The notes: generated by a model from the sequence alone, not told the origin. 64,000 nt of DNA from Synergistota bacterium (GCA_025060595.1 JANXBX010000001.1:20459-84458); one strand, 5' to 3'. Positions 48,722 to 59,243 are shown, numbered from the stretch's first letter. Translations and numbers: made by a program.

Positions 48722-49951
48722 TCATCCTCCTTCCTTAACGATTGAAACTTTTACCATTTCAGGAGTAACAGAAATCACTTCTAAACCAGGAGGTAGGGAA
48801 ATAGATACCGGAAGAGTGGCTTCCTTAACATCCACACCCGAAACATCTACTAGAACTAAAATATCCTGAATATTAAGAGACATTATCTTAGTGTACGGAC
48901 CTTTAACCTTAACTTTAACATGATTAGGAGATACTCTCCACTTCAAAAAGACGCTGCTACCATGAATTCTAACAGGAAGAAAATACTCCCTCTCCAAAAC
49001 TCTTTCCTTAAGCTCCACTATTACTCTAATATTAGGTTTTTCAACGAACTTTAACTCTGCAGGGGCAGAAAGAGTCATATCAAAAATCTCTGTCTTACTA
49101 AGCTCGGAAACATCTAGCGGCGGCGTCACTATCTCATTTATCTTATCTAATGCAGAAGATGGTCCCATTACAGTAATATGAGATGGAATCGCTTCAACAG
49201 AAACGATTTCAAAAGCTTCATTGGGCTTCCCCTTTATATCTACTTTAACCTTGACTATCTTAGTTGGCCACCCAGGTTTTAAAGAAACAGAAGCTCTAAC
49301 TCTAGATGGTATTATCATAAGCTCAGATAAAGAATTTTCAGAAACTCCTTCCGCTCTTAGCTCTAAAACAGCATCGATATTTCCCACAGCCCCACCAATA
49401 TTCAAGGTAGCAAAAACGTAAGGCACCTTCTCCACCACATCCTTAGGACCTCTAATGATCACGCTGTTAGGAACCGCTTTCACCTCATTAACCAAAAAAC
49501 CTTCAGCAGGATTTCCCACCGTTAAAACTCTTACAGGAACCTCTCGATCTATAAGCTCCCTTATGGACACCACTAAAAAGGGGGGTTTAATCCTAACTAC
49601 ATGAACTCCAGGAGGAACAAGAGCCTGAACTTGAAGCCTATATATACCTGGATTCAAGCCCTGAAGATCCACAAAGGCTTCAAGATCTCTTGATGTTAAT
49701 CCTCCCAAAACATTTTTACCCCCCTTTAAGTTAAGCTCGACGCTTTTGGTTTCATACTCTACTAAGATCTTCTCAGGGGGATTCTTGACCTTTACAGGAA
49801 CTTCAATTATTCTCTCCACAACTTGTGGCCCCTCAATCCACACCGTATAGTACCAAAATATTATAGAAATCATTAAAGAAACTATTAATAAAAAAAGCTT
49901 ACTTTCAAGGATATTCCATATGCCCCTCAACTCTATTCCCCCTTCAACCAA
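48722..49951 (-). CDS. cdaR: YbbR-domain protein CdaR (regulator of CdaA)
   Basis: N-terminal TM helix plus repeated YbbR-like beta domains; positioned between cdaA and glmM. Confidence 0.75.
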   Translation of the reverse strand: MVEGGIELRGIWNILESKLFLLIVSLMISIIFWYYTVWIEGPQVVERIIEVPVKVKNPPEKILVEYETKSVELNLKGGKNVLGGLTSRDLEAFVDLQGLNPGIYRLQVQALVPPGVHVVRIKPPFLVVSIRELIDREVPVRVLTVGNPAEGFLVNEVKAVPNSVIIRGPKDVVEKVPYVFATLNIGGAVGNIDAVLELRAEGVSENSLSELMIIPSRVRASVSLKPGWPTKIVKVKVDIKGKPNEAFEIVSVEAIPSHITVMGPSSALDKINEIVTPPLDVSELSKTEIFDMTLSAPAELKFVEKPNIRVIVELKERVLEREYFLPVRIHGSSVFLKWRVSPNHVKVKVKGPYTKIMSLNIQDILVLVDVSGVDVKEATLPVSISLPPGLEVISVTPEMVKVSIVKEGG

Positions 49952-50721
49952 GACAAAAGCCTATCTTTAAAGTTCTCTCTTTGTTTAGTGAAATAGTATC
50001 TTTCAAGAAGCCTTCTTATAGCCTCCTCATTAAGATTCGTTACCAATCTACCATTAACTGCAAAAGAAACTTCTCCCCTTTCCTCTGAAACCACTAAAAC
50101 CCAAGCATCTGTAACCTCACTTAGCCCTAATGCAGCCCTATGTCTTGTACCAAACCGTCTATCTATCTCTCTATCAGACAGCGGGAAAAAACAACTTGCA
50201 GCTAAAATTTTATCCTCCCTAATTACAACAGCACCATCATGAAGCGGACTTCTAGGATTAAAGATCGAAAGAATAAGCTCAGCAGATATCTCTGCACCTA
50301 ATTTGACACCCTTATCCCAAAAATCCTTTAAGCTGCTCTTCCTCTCGAAAGCAATTATAGCACCTATTTTACTCTCTCTAAGAGAAGTTATAGCAATAAA
50401 AAGCTCACTAACGATCTGAGCTCCTCTCCTGGGAGAAACCCCTTTACTCTCCCAAAAACCCCCTCCCAGCCCTTCAAGACCTCTTCTAAGCTCCGGTTGA
50501 AAAACTATAGGTATGACTATAAAAGACAAACTTATGACTCTTTCAAGAAAGTAACTTATAGCCTGAAGCCCCATAAATTTTGCTAATCCATTCAAGAGAA
50601 GAATCAAAAGAAGCCCTTTAACAAGTTGAAATGCTCGCGTTCCTCTCAAAAAGAGCAAAACCCTATAAACAACATAAGCTATTATTAAAATGTCCGCAAT
50701 ATCCTGCCACCTAAGAGGCAT
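49933..50721 (-). CDS. cdaA: Diadenylate cyclase CdaA (DAC domain)
   Basis: DAC motifs GAIIAFER, LHDGAVVI and GTRHRAA; three N-terminal TM helices. Confidence 0.9.
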   Translation of the reverse strand: MPLRWQDIADILIIAYVVYRVLLFLRGTRAFQLVKGLLLILLLNGLAKFMGLQAISYFLERVISLSFIVIPIVFQPELRRGLEGLGGGFWESKGVSPRRGAQIVSELFIAITSLRESKIGAIIAFERKSSLKDFWDKGVKLGAEISAELILSIFNPRSPLHDGAVVIREDKILAASCFFPLSDREIDRRFGTRHRAALGLSEVTDAWVLVVSEERGEVSFAVNGRLVTNLNEEAIRRLLERYYFTKQRENFKDRLLSWLKGE

Positions 50722-52204
50722 TCCTCCCCACCTTTCCCTCTATCTCCTCAAGAGCTTTATGCGCCTCCTCATCCGTTGGATATACCTTAAGAACCTTTAA
50801 CCACTCTACTTCCGCTTCCCTAAACATTCCTCTTCTCATATACCCTCTTGCTAAGAGCCTATGTGCTTCCACATGCTCAGGCTTAAACTTCAAATCCGCC
50901 TTAGATATGGAAATCTCTTGCCTTGAAATTTTATCGATCGCTTCGAGAGCTTCCTTATCCTCCGGATCGATATCCAAAATGTTCCTCCAGCAAGAAACCG
51001 CATCCTCAAATCTCCCCTGCCTATGGTAAAGCTTTGCAAGCTGCCTTAAGATATCCACATTCCTAGGCTCCTTATGTGACAACTCCTCAAGAATAGCCAG
51101 TGCCTTACCAGGCTCCCCTATCTTTATATAACTCATGGAAAGCAAAAGAGAAATTTCTCTATCACTAAAACCCCCTTTTATTGCATCCTCAAAAACATTC
51201 GTAGCATTCTTAAACCTTTCCACGAACATATAACTTTTACCGAGAAGATAGTAAAGATCTCTACTTTTAAACTCCTTACTTTTTGCTTTTTCAAGAAATT
51301 CTATAGCCTTGTCATAATCCCCCACTCTATAATAATGCCCCCCTATAAGATAATAAACCTCACCATTCTCTATTCCAAGTTTCAAAGCTTTCTCCGCCTC
51401 TTGTAAAACCATCTCCCACGCATCTTCCTTAGCGTAAGCCCAAGCCATCTTAAGATGAATATCTCCCCTTTCTGGGAAGATCTCGGCAGCCTTTCTCCAT
51501 GACATTAAGGCTTTAACCCAAAGTTCCTTAGAAGCATAAGAATCTCCCAAGAAAATATAAGCATTAACATCTTGAGGGTTCAATTTTATTACTTCTTTCC
51601 AGATGTCTATAGCTCTGGAATAAAAGCCTCTTTCCATACAAAGCAAAGCTAGATTAACCTTAGCACCATAATGATTAGGATTCACCTTAACTGCCTCCTC
51701 TAATTTTTCCATAGCCTCATCTATCAACCCTTGCTTTAGAAAGACAACAGCAAGATCATTGTAAGCATCTGCATTATAAGGATTAACCTTTATAACCTTC
51801 CTATAGCAATTCACAGCCTCATCAAGTCTTCCTATTTCATCATATACGTAGCCCATATTCCACCAAGCTCTATCAAAATTAGGATTTAATTCCACAGCTT
51901 TCTTAAACTCCCTAAGCGCTTCCTCCACCCTCCCAAGCTTAAAAAGAATCTCCCCTAAGAGATTCCTCGCCTCTACGTAATAAGGATCTATAAAAACGGC
52001 CTTTTCGATCTCCCTTTTTGCCTCTTCCACATTCCCAATGTTTAACAAAGCTAATCCCAGCTTATATCTATACTCACTATTCTTAGGATCCATGCGAATA
52101 AGGGTTTTACCTATAGATATGGCTTTACTCCATTCCCCCCTATCTACAAGCTCCCTAAACTCCTTTTCTAAAACTTCCTTTTCTTCCAAACGTTCTCCCC
52201 CCAT
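50711..52204 (-). CDS. Tetratricopeptide-repeat protein
   Basis: About 13 TPR units (W-LG-Y-A-F-P-type spacing); overlaps the cdaA start by 11 nt. Confidence 0.75.
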   Translation of the reverse strand: MGGERLEEKEVLEKEFRELVDRGEWSKAISIGKTLIRMDPKNSEYRYKLGLALLNIGNVEEAKREIEKAVFIDPYYVEARNLLGEILFKLGRVEEALREFKKAVELNPNFDRAWWNMGYVYDEIGRLDEAVNCYRKVIKVNPYNADAYNDLAVVFLKQGLIDEAMEKLEEAVKVNPNHYGAKVNLALLCMERGFYSRAIDIWKEVIKLNPQDVNAYIFLGDSYASKELWVKALMSWRKAAEIFPERGDIHLKMAWAYAKEDAWEMVLQEAEKALKLGIENGEVYYLIGGHYYRVGDYDKAIEFLEKAKSKEFKSRDLYYLLGKSYMFVERFKNATNVFEDAIKGGFSDREISLLLSMSYIKIGEPGKALAILEELSHKEPRNVDILRQLAKLYHRQGRFEDAVSCWRNILDIDPEDKEALEAIDKISRQEISISKADLKFKPEHVEAHRLLARGYMRRGMFREAEVEWLKVLKVYPTDEEAHKALEEIEGKVGRNAS

Positions 52205-52260
52205 GAAAGTTAAGCTTGCTGTGGGAGTCGCTTATAAACCCCCACAGCTTTAACTATCCC

Positions 52261-53871
52261 CTATTGCTTTAATAACTCATCGCTAGGCTTAAATTCAACA
52301 TCAAGGCTCTTTAAATCGGTTGGCTTACCTAATACTCTAACTACAAGAATAAGCATTCCAAATATCATTAAAAGAGAAATCCCAGGATTAAGCCCATAAC
52401 CCGCAGGTATATAACCAACCAGTGCAGCAACTACTGCCACAGTAATAGCATAAGGTAGCTGAGTATTAACATGATCCATATGATCACAAACTGAAGCCAT
52501 AGAGGACATTATGGTAGTATCAGATATAGGAGAACAGTGATCACCAAAAACAGCCCCTGTAAGCACAGCACCTATAGTTGGAATTAACGGAGCACCAAGA
52601 GCATTAGCTAAGGGAACAGCAAGAGGCATGAGAATTCCCATCGTCCCCCAAGACGTTCCAGTAGCAAAGGAAACAAAAAGCGCTACCACAAAGACAACCA
52701 ACGGAGCAAACTGAGGTAAAAGACGCCCTTTAGTTAGACCTATTATATATTCAGCTGTTTTCATGTCATCGCATACTCCTTTTATAGACCATGCAAGAGT
52801 TAGAATAATAAGAGCTATTATCAAGCTCTTTGCTCCTTCTACCCAGGCTTCGAAAGCTTGGGATAAGGTCAAAATTCTTTGAGAAATGGCCAGCAATATA
52901 GCAACAGCACTCGTAGTAAAGGAAGACCATAATAAGACAAGGGATGCATCCGCATTACCTATAGCATCACGAATTCCTGAAAAGGTAAAAGGTTTTTCAA
53001 GCCCTCCGCCATTATACCAAAGACCGACCAAAGTAACGATTATCATAGTTAAAATTGGAAGCCAAGCATTTATAGCCCTTATAGACTTTCCTTCAGGAAC
53101 ATAAAACTTGGCTAACTCAGGCGAAGCCAAAGGCTTAGCATCATCCCTCAAAAGCTTACCTGTGGTTCTAGCTCTAACTTCAGCTTGATACATAGGACCA
53201 TAATCCCTTTGAAGCAAGATTATTACGAGAACCATGAAAACAGCTCCTAAACAATAAAACCTATAAGGAATGCTCTTTAAAAAGATAAGATAAGCGTTCT
53301 CCTGAATCCCTACCTTCTCAAGAGCCTGCTGAATTAAACCCAATTCGTACCCTACCCATGTTGATATTATAGCCCAACTTGCTACAGGAGAAGAAGTAGA
53401 ATCAACTATATAAGAAAGCTTTTCTCTTGAAACCCTTAAGCTATCTGTTAAAGGTCTCATAGTATGCCCTACTAAAAGGGTATTTGCATAATCATCAAAA
53501 AATACTATCAGGCCCATAAGCCATGAAAAAAACTGAGCTCCTCTTGGAGTCTTAGCTCTCTTAGCTAAGCTTTGAGCTATCGCTAATGTTCCTCCGCTCC
53601 TACTCATTACACCAACTGCACCAGCTAAAGTCATAGAGAAAATCAATATTGACATGTTCCACGTCCCCCCATCCTTGGGGACAAGGGCTCTTAAAACGTA
53701 ACTATCAAAGGTAGAAAGGAAACCACTCCATGGGTTCCAACCAGCAAGAATTGTTGCTCCAATCCATATACCCATGAATAGGGAAAAAAGTACTTCCTTA
53801 GTCAAAAAGCAAAGTAAAATAGCCAAAACTGGGGGCAGTAGCGATAAAAAACCATATGGATGTACATCCAT
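52261..53871 (-). CDS. Na+/H+ antiporter NhaC family transporter
   Basis: 536 aa, about 12 TM, NhaC-type. Confidence 0.75.
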   Translation of the reverse strand: MDVHPYGFLSLLPPVLAILLCFLTKEVLFSLFMGIWIGATILAGWNPWSGFLSTFDSYVLRALVPKDGGTWNMSILIFSMTLAGAVGVMSRSGGTLAIAQSLAKRAKTPRGAQFFSWLMGLIVFFDDYANTLLVGHTMRPLTDSLRVSREKLSYIVDSTSSPVASWAIISTWVGYELGLIQQALEKVGIQENAYLIFLKSIPYRFYCLGAVFMVLVIILLQRDYGPMYQAEVRARTTGKLLRDDAKPLASPELAKFYVPEGKSIRAINAWLPILTMIIVTLVGLWYNGGGLEKPFTFSGIRDAIGNADASLVLLWSSFTTSAVAILLAISQRILTLSQAFEAWVEGAKSLIIALIILTLAWSIKGVCDDMKTAEYIIGLTKGRLLPQFAPLVVFVVALFVSFATGTSWGTMGILMPLAVPLANALGAPLIPTIGAVLTGAVFGDHCSPISDTTIMSSMASVCDHMDHVNTQLPYAITVAVVAALVGYIPAGYGLNPGISLLMIFGMLILVVRVLGKPTDLKSLDVEFKPSDELLKQ

Positions 53872-53895
53872 GTCTTATCTCCTCCTTTCAAAAAC

Positions 53896-54963
53896 TTAGT
53901 TTATAAAAACCTTACTCACATATGGAGATGTAGAAGCAAGAAGCATAGCTCCATAACTCAAGTTAAAGGTGAGAATGTCACCTACCTTTAAGGGGATAAG
54001 GCAATCGCTAACATCAAGAATAGTATGATCGCTTGATCCTCCTAGGACGTTAATACCTTCGAGCTGAGGGATTAACCCGTCAATATCCACATCTTGTCTA
54101 CCTAATGCCAATATAGCTTTCTTTCTCACCCCCTTATCCTCAAAGCAGGTTTTTTTCCCAAAAGCATCTTTTCCTCTCTCTCCTATTGGGAAAGAAGGTT
54201 TAAACTTGAGCTCTACTATTTCAGCTTTAAGTAAAAAAGTATCCTGTCTCAAGTAAGAAATCTCCCTATCCCTACTTGAGTCTTTGCCCAGAAGTATAGC
54301 CTCTCCTACCCTAAGTTGGTTTATCCCTTTTGGCATAACTCCTTTCTCTAGAAGATATAAACTAACGGTTCCTCCAACCGAAACTATAGGAATATCAAAT
54401 TTAGTATACTCTCGAGCTAAGGAAGCATAGTTTACTAACATAGATAAAGACTCCTCTGTAGGAAGAATGCCACTAAAACAACCGAAATTAGCTCCTATAC
54501 CCCAAAGCTCTACACTCTTAAGAGCTTTGAAAATATCTAAATAGGATAAAAGATTGGTTGGCCATATACCTTCCCTTAGATCTCCCATATCTATCATTAG
54601 AACCGCTCTAAACCTCTTTCCAAGCCCACCAGCTCTCTCATCCAAAGCCCTTATAACGCTTATATCACTAACCAAGGCTATATCAGCAAGCTCAACAACA
54701 TCCCTAATCTCCGAGAGCATAGGTATTCTTAAAAGCATAAGAGGGCAGGCTATTCCTGCCCTCCTAAGCTTCTTTACATTTTGAATCCTTGAATCTCCTA
54801 GCACTTTCACCCCAGCATCAAGAAAAGCAAAAGCTACTTCTGGAAGAGCAGAACATCCTTTAACAACACCAACAAGATCTACATCGCTCTTATTACAAAG
54901 CTCAAGAACCTTAGAGGCATTTTCTTTTATTCTTTCAAGATATATCTCCAAAGCGGGGTACAT
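53896..54963 (-). CDS. PLP-dependent amino-acid racemase-like protein (alanine-racemase N-terminal fold, COG3457-like)
   Basis: PLP-lysine context VVKGCSALPEVA..; 355 aa. Confidence 0.65.
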   Translation of the reverse strand: MYPALEIYLERIKENASKVLELCNKSDVDLVGVVKGCSALPEVAFAFLDAGVKVLGDSRIQNVKKLRRAGIACPLMLLRIPMLSEIRDVVELADIALVSDISVIRALDERAGGLGKRFRAVLMIDMGDLREGIWPTNLLSYLDIFKALKSVELWGIGANFGCFSGILPTEESLSMLVNYASLAREYTKFDIPIVSVGGTVSLYLLEKGVMPKGINQLRVGEAILLGKDSSRDREISYLRQDTFLLKAEIVELKFKPSFPIGERGKDAFGKKTCFEDKGVRKKAILALGRQDVDIDGLIPQLEGINVLGGSSDHTILDVSDCLIPLKVGDILTFNLSYGAMLLASTSPYVSKVFIN

Positions 54964-54965
54964 AA

Positions 54966-55904
54966 CTAAATCACTATCAACGCCAATATAGCCTTGTGAG
55001 CATGAAGCCTGTTCTCAGCCTCATCAAAAACCACAGAAAGCGGTCCATCTATAACATCATCAGTTATCTCTTCCCCTCTATGCGCAGGAAGACAATGCAT
55101 TACTATAACATCATCCTTAGCAAGAGAAACTAAAGCAGAATCTACCCTATATGGCTGAAAAAGCCTTACCCTTTCTTCCCTTTCAGATTCCTGCCCCATA
55201 CTTACCCAAACATCAGTATAAATTATATCCGCACCCCTAACTCCCTCTTTAGGATCGTTCACTATTTCTACCTTAGAGCCACTTCTTTTAGCAAACTGCT
55301 TTGCTCTCTCCAGTACATCCTCATCAGGGTAGTAGCCTTTAGGGGTACATATCGTTATATCCATACCCATTATGGTGGAGCCATAAAGAAGAGAGTGAGC
55401 CATGTTATTAGCCCCATCACCTACGTAAACCAATTTTAACCCTTCAAATCTCCCTTTCTTCTCCCAAATAGTTAAAAGATCTCCCAAAACTTGGGTTGGG
55501 TGACATTTGTCAGAAAGACCATTTATAACAGGAACTGAAGAGTACTTGGCAAGCTCCTCTACTGTAGAATGTGAGTAAACTCTTGCCATTATACAATCAA
55601 CATACCGTGAGAGAACCCTTGCCGTATCCGCTAGTGTTTCTCCCCTTCCAAGCTGAAGATCATTCTTACTTAAGTAAAGCGCATATCCTCCAAGTTGATA
55701 CATAGCTACTTCAAAAGAAACCCTTGTTCTCGTCGATGGCTTCTCAAAAATCATCGCAAGCGTTTTTCCAGCAAGAAGAGGTGGAAACTCTCCCCTTTTA
55801 GCCTTAAGTTTAAGATCTCTAGCGGTTTCAAGAAAGGTTTCTATCTCCTCTCTTGTAAAATCCGCAAGGGTCAAAAAATGCCTACCCTTTAGTTTACATA
55901 CCAT
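54966..55904 (-). CDS. argF: Ornithine carbamoyltransferase
   Basis: Motifs STRTR, HPTQ and HCLP. I place the start at MVCKLKGRHFL, with GGAGG Shine-Dalgarno about 10 nt upstream; the ORF-track start at 55931 is too far upstream. Confidence 0.85.
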   Translation of the reverse strand: MVCKLKGRHFLTLADFTREEIETFLETARDLKLKAKRGEFPPLLAGKTLAMIFEKPSTRTRVSFEVAMYQLGGYALYLSKNDLQLGRGETLADTARVLSRYVDCIMARVYSHSTVEELAKYSSVPVINGLSDKCHPTQVLGDLLTIWEKKGRFEGLKLVYVGDGANNMAHSLLYGSTIMGMDITICTPKGYYPDEDVLERAKQFAKRSGSKVEIVNDPKEGVRGADIIYTDVWVSMGQESEREERVRLFQPYRVDSALVSLAKDDVIVMHCLPAHRGEEITDDVIDGPLSVVFDEAENRLHAHKAILALIVI

Positions 55905-55920
55905 CTGTATAAAACCTCCT

Positions 55921-57126
55921 TCAGGCTCCATATTTCTTTAGCCTTAAAGCATTTGCTAGAACTAAAGGCATAAGGTCAACAGCGTTCATTACACCTAAGC
56001 TCCCTCTTAAGCATTCGGATTCCCCAAATTTAGAGACCTTGCTTGGCAAAACATAAGGAGACCATAGCAATACCGGCACTGGATGCCAGCTATGAGCTTT
56101 AAGCAAAGACGGGGTTGAATGGTCCCCAGTAATAACCAGAACATCAGGTTTAGCTTCAATTAAGATTGGTATAGCCTTATCCACTTTCTCTATCATTTCT
56201 ACCTTTTTATCGAAGGCTCCATCTTCGCCGTAAGAATCGGTTTTCTTTATATGAATATAGAAGAAATCATATTTATCCCGATTATCTTTTACTACTTTAA
56301 AGGCATCCTCAGGTTCCGGTCCTGCACTCAAGGAGCTCATACCAAGAAGCTGAGCTAAACCTCTGTACATAGGATAATAAGCTACCGAAGCACACCTTAG
56401 TCCATAAAGCTCCTCCATGCTTGGTATATCTGGTGGAAGAGAAAAACCCCTTAAAAGAATAGTATTAGCCGGAAACTCATCTTTTAAGACCTCCGTAGCC
56501 ATGTCTATAAACTTATTAACTATCTCTTCAGATCTTTTAGCTTCAGGAGATAGGGCTCTAGCCTTTTCAACAGGCAAACCATTTTTCTGAGGATCTGCGT
56601 CAGTGAGCTTATCAGAAAGATTTTCACCCCTAAAAACAATCGCAAACCTATGTTCCATACCTGGATAAAGAAAAACCTGAACCCCATCTATCTCCTTTAT
56701 CTTATCGGCAAGCTTGGCCGTTAGCTTCTGATTAACTTCTGTAGAAATTCTCCCAGCTCTCCTATCAGTTATAATACCATCTTTCAGAGTAGCGTAATTC
56801 CCTCTACAGGTTAAATCTCCCTTCCTAACATCAGCCCCAACTCCAAGCGTTTCTAATATCCCTCTACCGATGTCATATTTAAGAGGATCATAACCAAACA
56901 GAGCTAAGTGACCTGCTCCACTTCCAGGAGTTAAACCTGGAAAGATCGGATGAAGGAGTCCACAAGCCCCATCATAAGCAAGCTTATCCATGTTAGGAGT
57001 ATAAGCAGCTTCGAGCTCAGTCTTACCGTTCACTGGCAATCCCCCGATTCCATCCACTACCAAGAAGAATATCTTAGTGTTCGCATCCCTTATTACAAGA
57101 TCCCTTAATACAGACTCCCTGTCCAT
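55921..57126 (-). CDS. apgM: Archaeal-type cofactor-independent phosphoglycerate mutase family protein (ApgM family)
   Basis: Metalloenzyme/alkaline-phosphatase-like core (DGIGG..., ITGDHSTP). I place the start at MDRESV, with AAAGGAGGGGG Shine-Dalgarno 5 nt upstream. Confidence 0.75.
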   Translation of the reverse strand: MDRESVLRDLVIRDANTKIFFLVVDGIGGLPVNGKTELEAAYTPNMDKLAYDGACGLLHPIFPGLTPGSGAGHLALFGYDPLKYDIGRGILETLGVGADVRKGDLTCRGNYATLKDGIITDRRAGRISTEVNQKLTAKLADKIKEIDGVQVFLYPGMEHRFAIVFRGENLSDKLTDADPQKNGLPVEKARALSPEAKRSEEIVNKFIDMATEVLKDEFPANTILLRGFSLPPDIPSMEELYGLRCASVAYYPMYRGLAQLLGMSSLSAGPEPEDAFKVVKDNRDKYDFFYIHIKKTDSYGEDGAFDKKVEMIEKVDKAIPILIEAKPDVLVITGDHSTPSLLKAHSWHPVPVLLWSPYVLPSKVSKFGESECLRGSLGVMNAVDLMPLVLANALRLKKYGA

Positions 57127-57148
57127 CAATTCCCCCTCCTTTAAAGCC

Positions 57149-59239
57149 CTACCTCTTCTCCTCTTCCTGCTCTCTTTGAGCTTCCTCAATTATTCTTTTA
57201 GTTATCTCAGGAGGAACCTCTTCATAATGAGATAGATTCATTCTAAAACTTCCTCTTCCAGAGGTAATTGAGCGAAGAGTTATAGCATAGCGAGCCATCT
57301 CCGCCATAGGAACTAAGGCTTTTACCGTTTGAAGCCTTCCTCTCGCTTCAATACCTAGAATCCTCCCTCGCCTGCTATTTAAGTCCCCCATAACATCGCC
57401 AAGATAATCCTCAGGTACGGTTACCTCTACCTCCATTATTGGTTCAAGCAAAACAGGGTTAGCCTCAGAAATACCTTTCTTAAAGGATAGAGATGCTGCT
57501 ATTTTAAAGGCCATCTCTGAAGAGTCTACTTCGTGATACTTCCCATCGTAAAGAACAGCTTTAAAATCTACAGTGGGATAGCCTGCTAAAACACCCTTCT
57601 GCATAGCCTCCCTCAATCCCTTTTCAACCGCAGGTATATACTGCTTAGGAACAACTCCACCGACGATTCTATCCTCGAATTGAAAACCGCTCCCCCTCGG
57701 CAGAGGCTCATACTCAATCCAGACCCACCCATACTGACCACGACCTCCACTCTGCTTAACGTATTTACCCTCTGCCTTAGATCTACCTTTTATTGTCTCC
57801 CTATAAGGTATCTTAGGCATTCTAACATTAAGTTCAACATTGTACCTCGACCTCATCCTGTCTATGGCAACCTCAAGATGAATATCTCCCATACCAGCTA
57901 TAATTGTGTCTCCCGTTTCAACATTCTTGTAAGATTTAAAGGTAGGATCCGCTTCCATAAGCCTCTGAAGAGCATTGCTAAGGCGATCTTCGTCACCCTT
58001 GGTTTTAGGCTCTATAGCTAAGAAATAAACTGGATCTGGAAATGTAACGCTTGGGAAAACTATAAGAGCATCCTTAGAGCATAAAGTATCTCCAAAACCG
58101 CTAACCTTAGGTTTTGCTATAACAACTATATCTCCAGCAATAGCCTTTTCAGCCTTAACAAGAGATTTACCGAGAGGATAAGACAAGTTACTTAGTCTTT
58201 CTTCTTCTCCTTTTGTAGAGTTAAAAACAGTCGCATCAGCTTGGACCTCTCCTGACCAAACCCTCAAATAAACGAGCTTACCTACATATGGATCTAAAGC
58301 TACTTTAAATACCCAAGCAGAAAAAGACCCTCCCGAGTTTGCCTTTCTTTCCATTTCCTCTTTACTATCAGGATGGATCCCCTTAACAGGAGGCCTTTCT
58401 ACAGGAGATGGAAGAAGATCTACTATATATTCCATAAGTTGCTTTATCCCAATATTCTCAGTAGACGAACCACATAAAACAGGGATTATTTCTCCCTTTA
58501 GCACCGCTTTCCTCATTGCCTTAACTATTTCATCTGGAGACACCTCTTCTCCGTTAAGATACCTCTCCATAAGCGATTCATCAGTTTCTACGACCTTTTC
58601 TACAAGCATCTCCTTCATCTCAGAAACTCTATCTTTCAAATCAGCAGGAATCTCTTCTTCCTTAAACTTTCCGCTCCTATCTTTCTCGTAAACATAAGCC
58701 TTGCCTTTGAGAAGATCAATGACACCCTTAAAAGTTTGCTCAGATCCTATAGGAATGAGTATAGGAATAGCATCTCTGGAAAGGTAATCCTTTATCATTT
58801 CATAAACCCTATAAAAATCTGCTCTCTCCCTATCAAGCTTATTTACGAAAACCATTCTTGGCAAACCAAGCTCAGCAGCATATTCCCACGTCTTTTCTGT
58901 ATTAACTTCAACACCAGAGACAGCACAAACCACACTTATCAAGCTATCGCAAACCCTTATCGAAGCAAGAACCTCTCCTATAAAATCAGCATAACCAGGC
59001 ATATCTATAACATTTATCCTTTTGCCCTTATAATCAACAAAGCCAACCGCAGCGTTAATGGAGATTTTTCTCTTAATCTCATCAGGATCAAAATCCATAA
59101 CAGTATTACCCTCATCAACTTTCCCTAACCGCGTAATAGAACCTCCATTAAAAAGAATGGCTTCCGCTAACGAAGTTTTACCAGCACCACCATGAGCTAT
59201 CAAACCTACATTTCTAATGTCAGAAGAGTTATACCCCAT
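57149..59239 (-). CDS. Elongation factor G family GTPase (EF-G paralogue)
   Basis: G-domain motifs AHGGAGKTS and DMPGYADF; domains II-V present. I place the start at MGYNSSDIRN, with AAGGAGGAGG Shine-Dalgarno upstream. Confidence 0.8.
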   Translation of the reverse strand: MGYNSSDIRNVGLIAHGGAGKTSLAEAILFNGGSITRLGKVDEGNTVMDFDPDEIKRKISINAAVGFVDYKGKRINVIDMPGYADFIGEVLASIRVCDSLISVVCAVSGVEVNTEKTWEYAAELGLPRMVFVNKLDRERADFYRVYEMIKDYLSRDAIPILIPIGSEQTFKGVIDLLKGKAYVYEKDRSGKFKEEEIPADLKDRVSEMKEMLVEKVVETDESLMERYLNGEEVSPDEIVKAMRKAVLKGEIIPVLCGSSTENIGIKQLMEYIVDLLPSPVERPPVKGIHPDSKEEMERKANSGGSFSAWVFKVALDPYVGKLVYLRVWSGEVQADATVFNSTKGEEERLSNLSYPLGKSLVKAEKAIAGDIVVIAKPKVSGFGDTLCSKDALIVFPSVTFPDPVYFLAIEPKTKGDEDRLSNALQRLMEADPTFKSYKNVETGDTIIAGMGDIHLEVAIDRMRSRYNVELNVRMPKIPYRETIKGRSKAEGKYVKQSGGRGQYGWVWIEYEPLPRGSGFQFEDRIVGGVVPKQYIPAVEKGLREAMQKGVLAGYPTVDFKAVLYDGKYHEVDSSEMAFKIAASLSFKKGISEANPVLLEPIMEVEVTVPEDYLGDVMGDLNSRRGRILGIEARGRLQTVKALVPMAEMARYAITLRSITSGRGSFRMNLSHYEEVPPEITKRIIEEAQREQEEEKR

Positions 59240-59243
59240 AATT

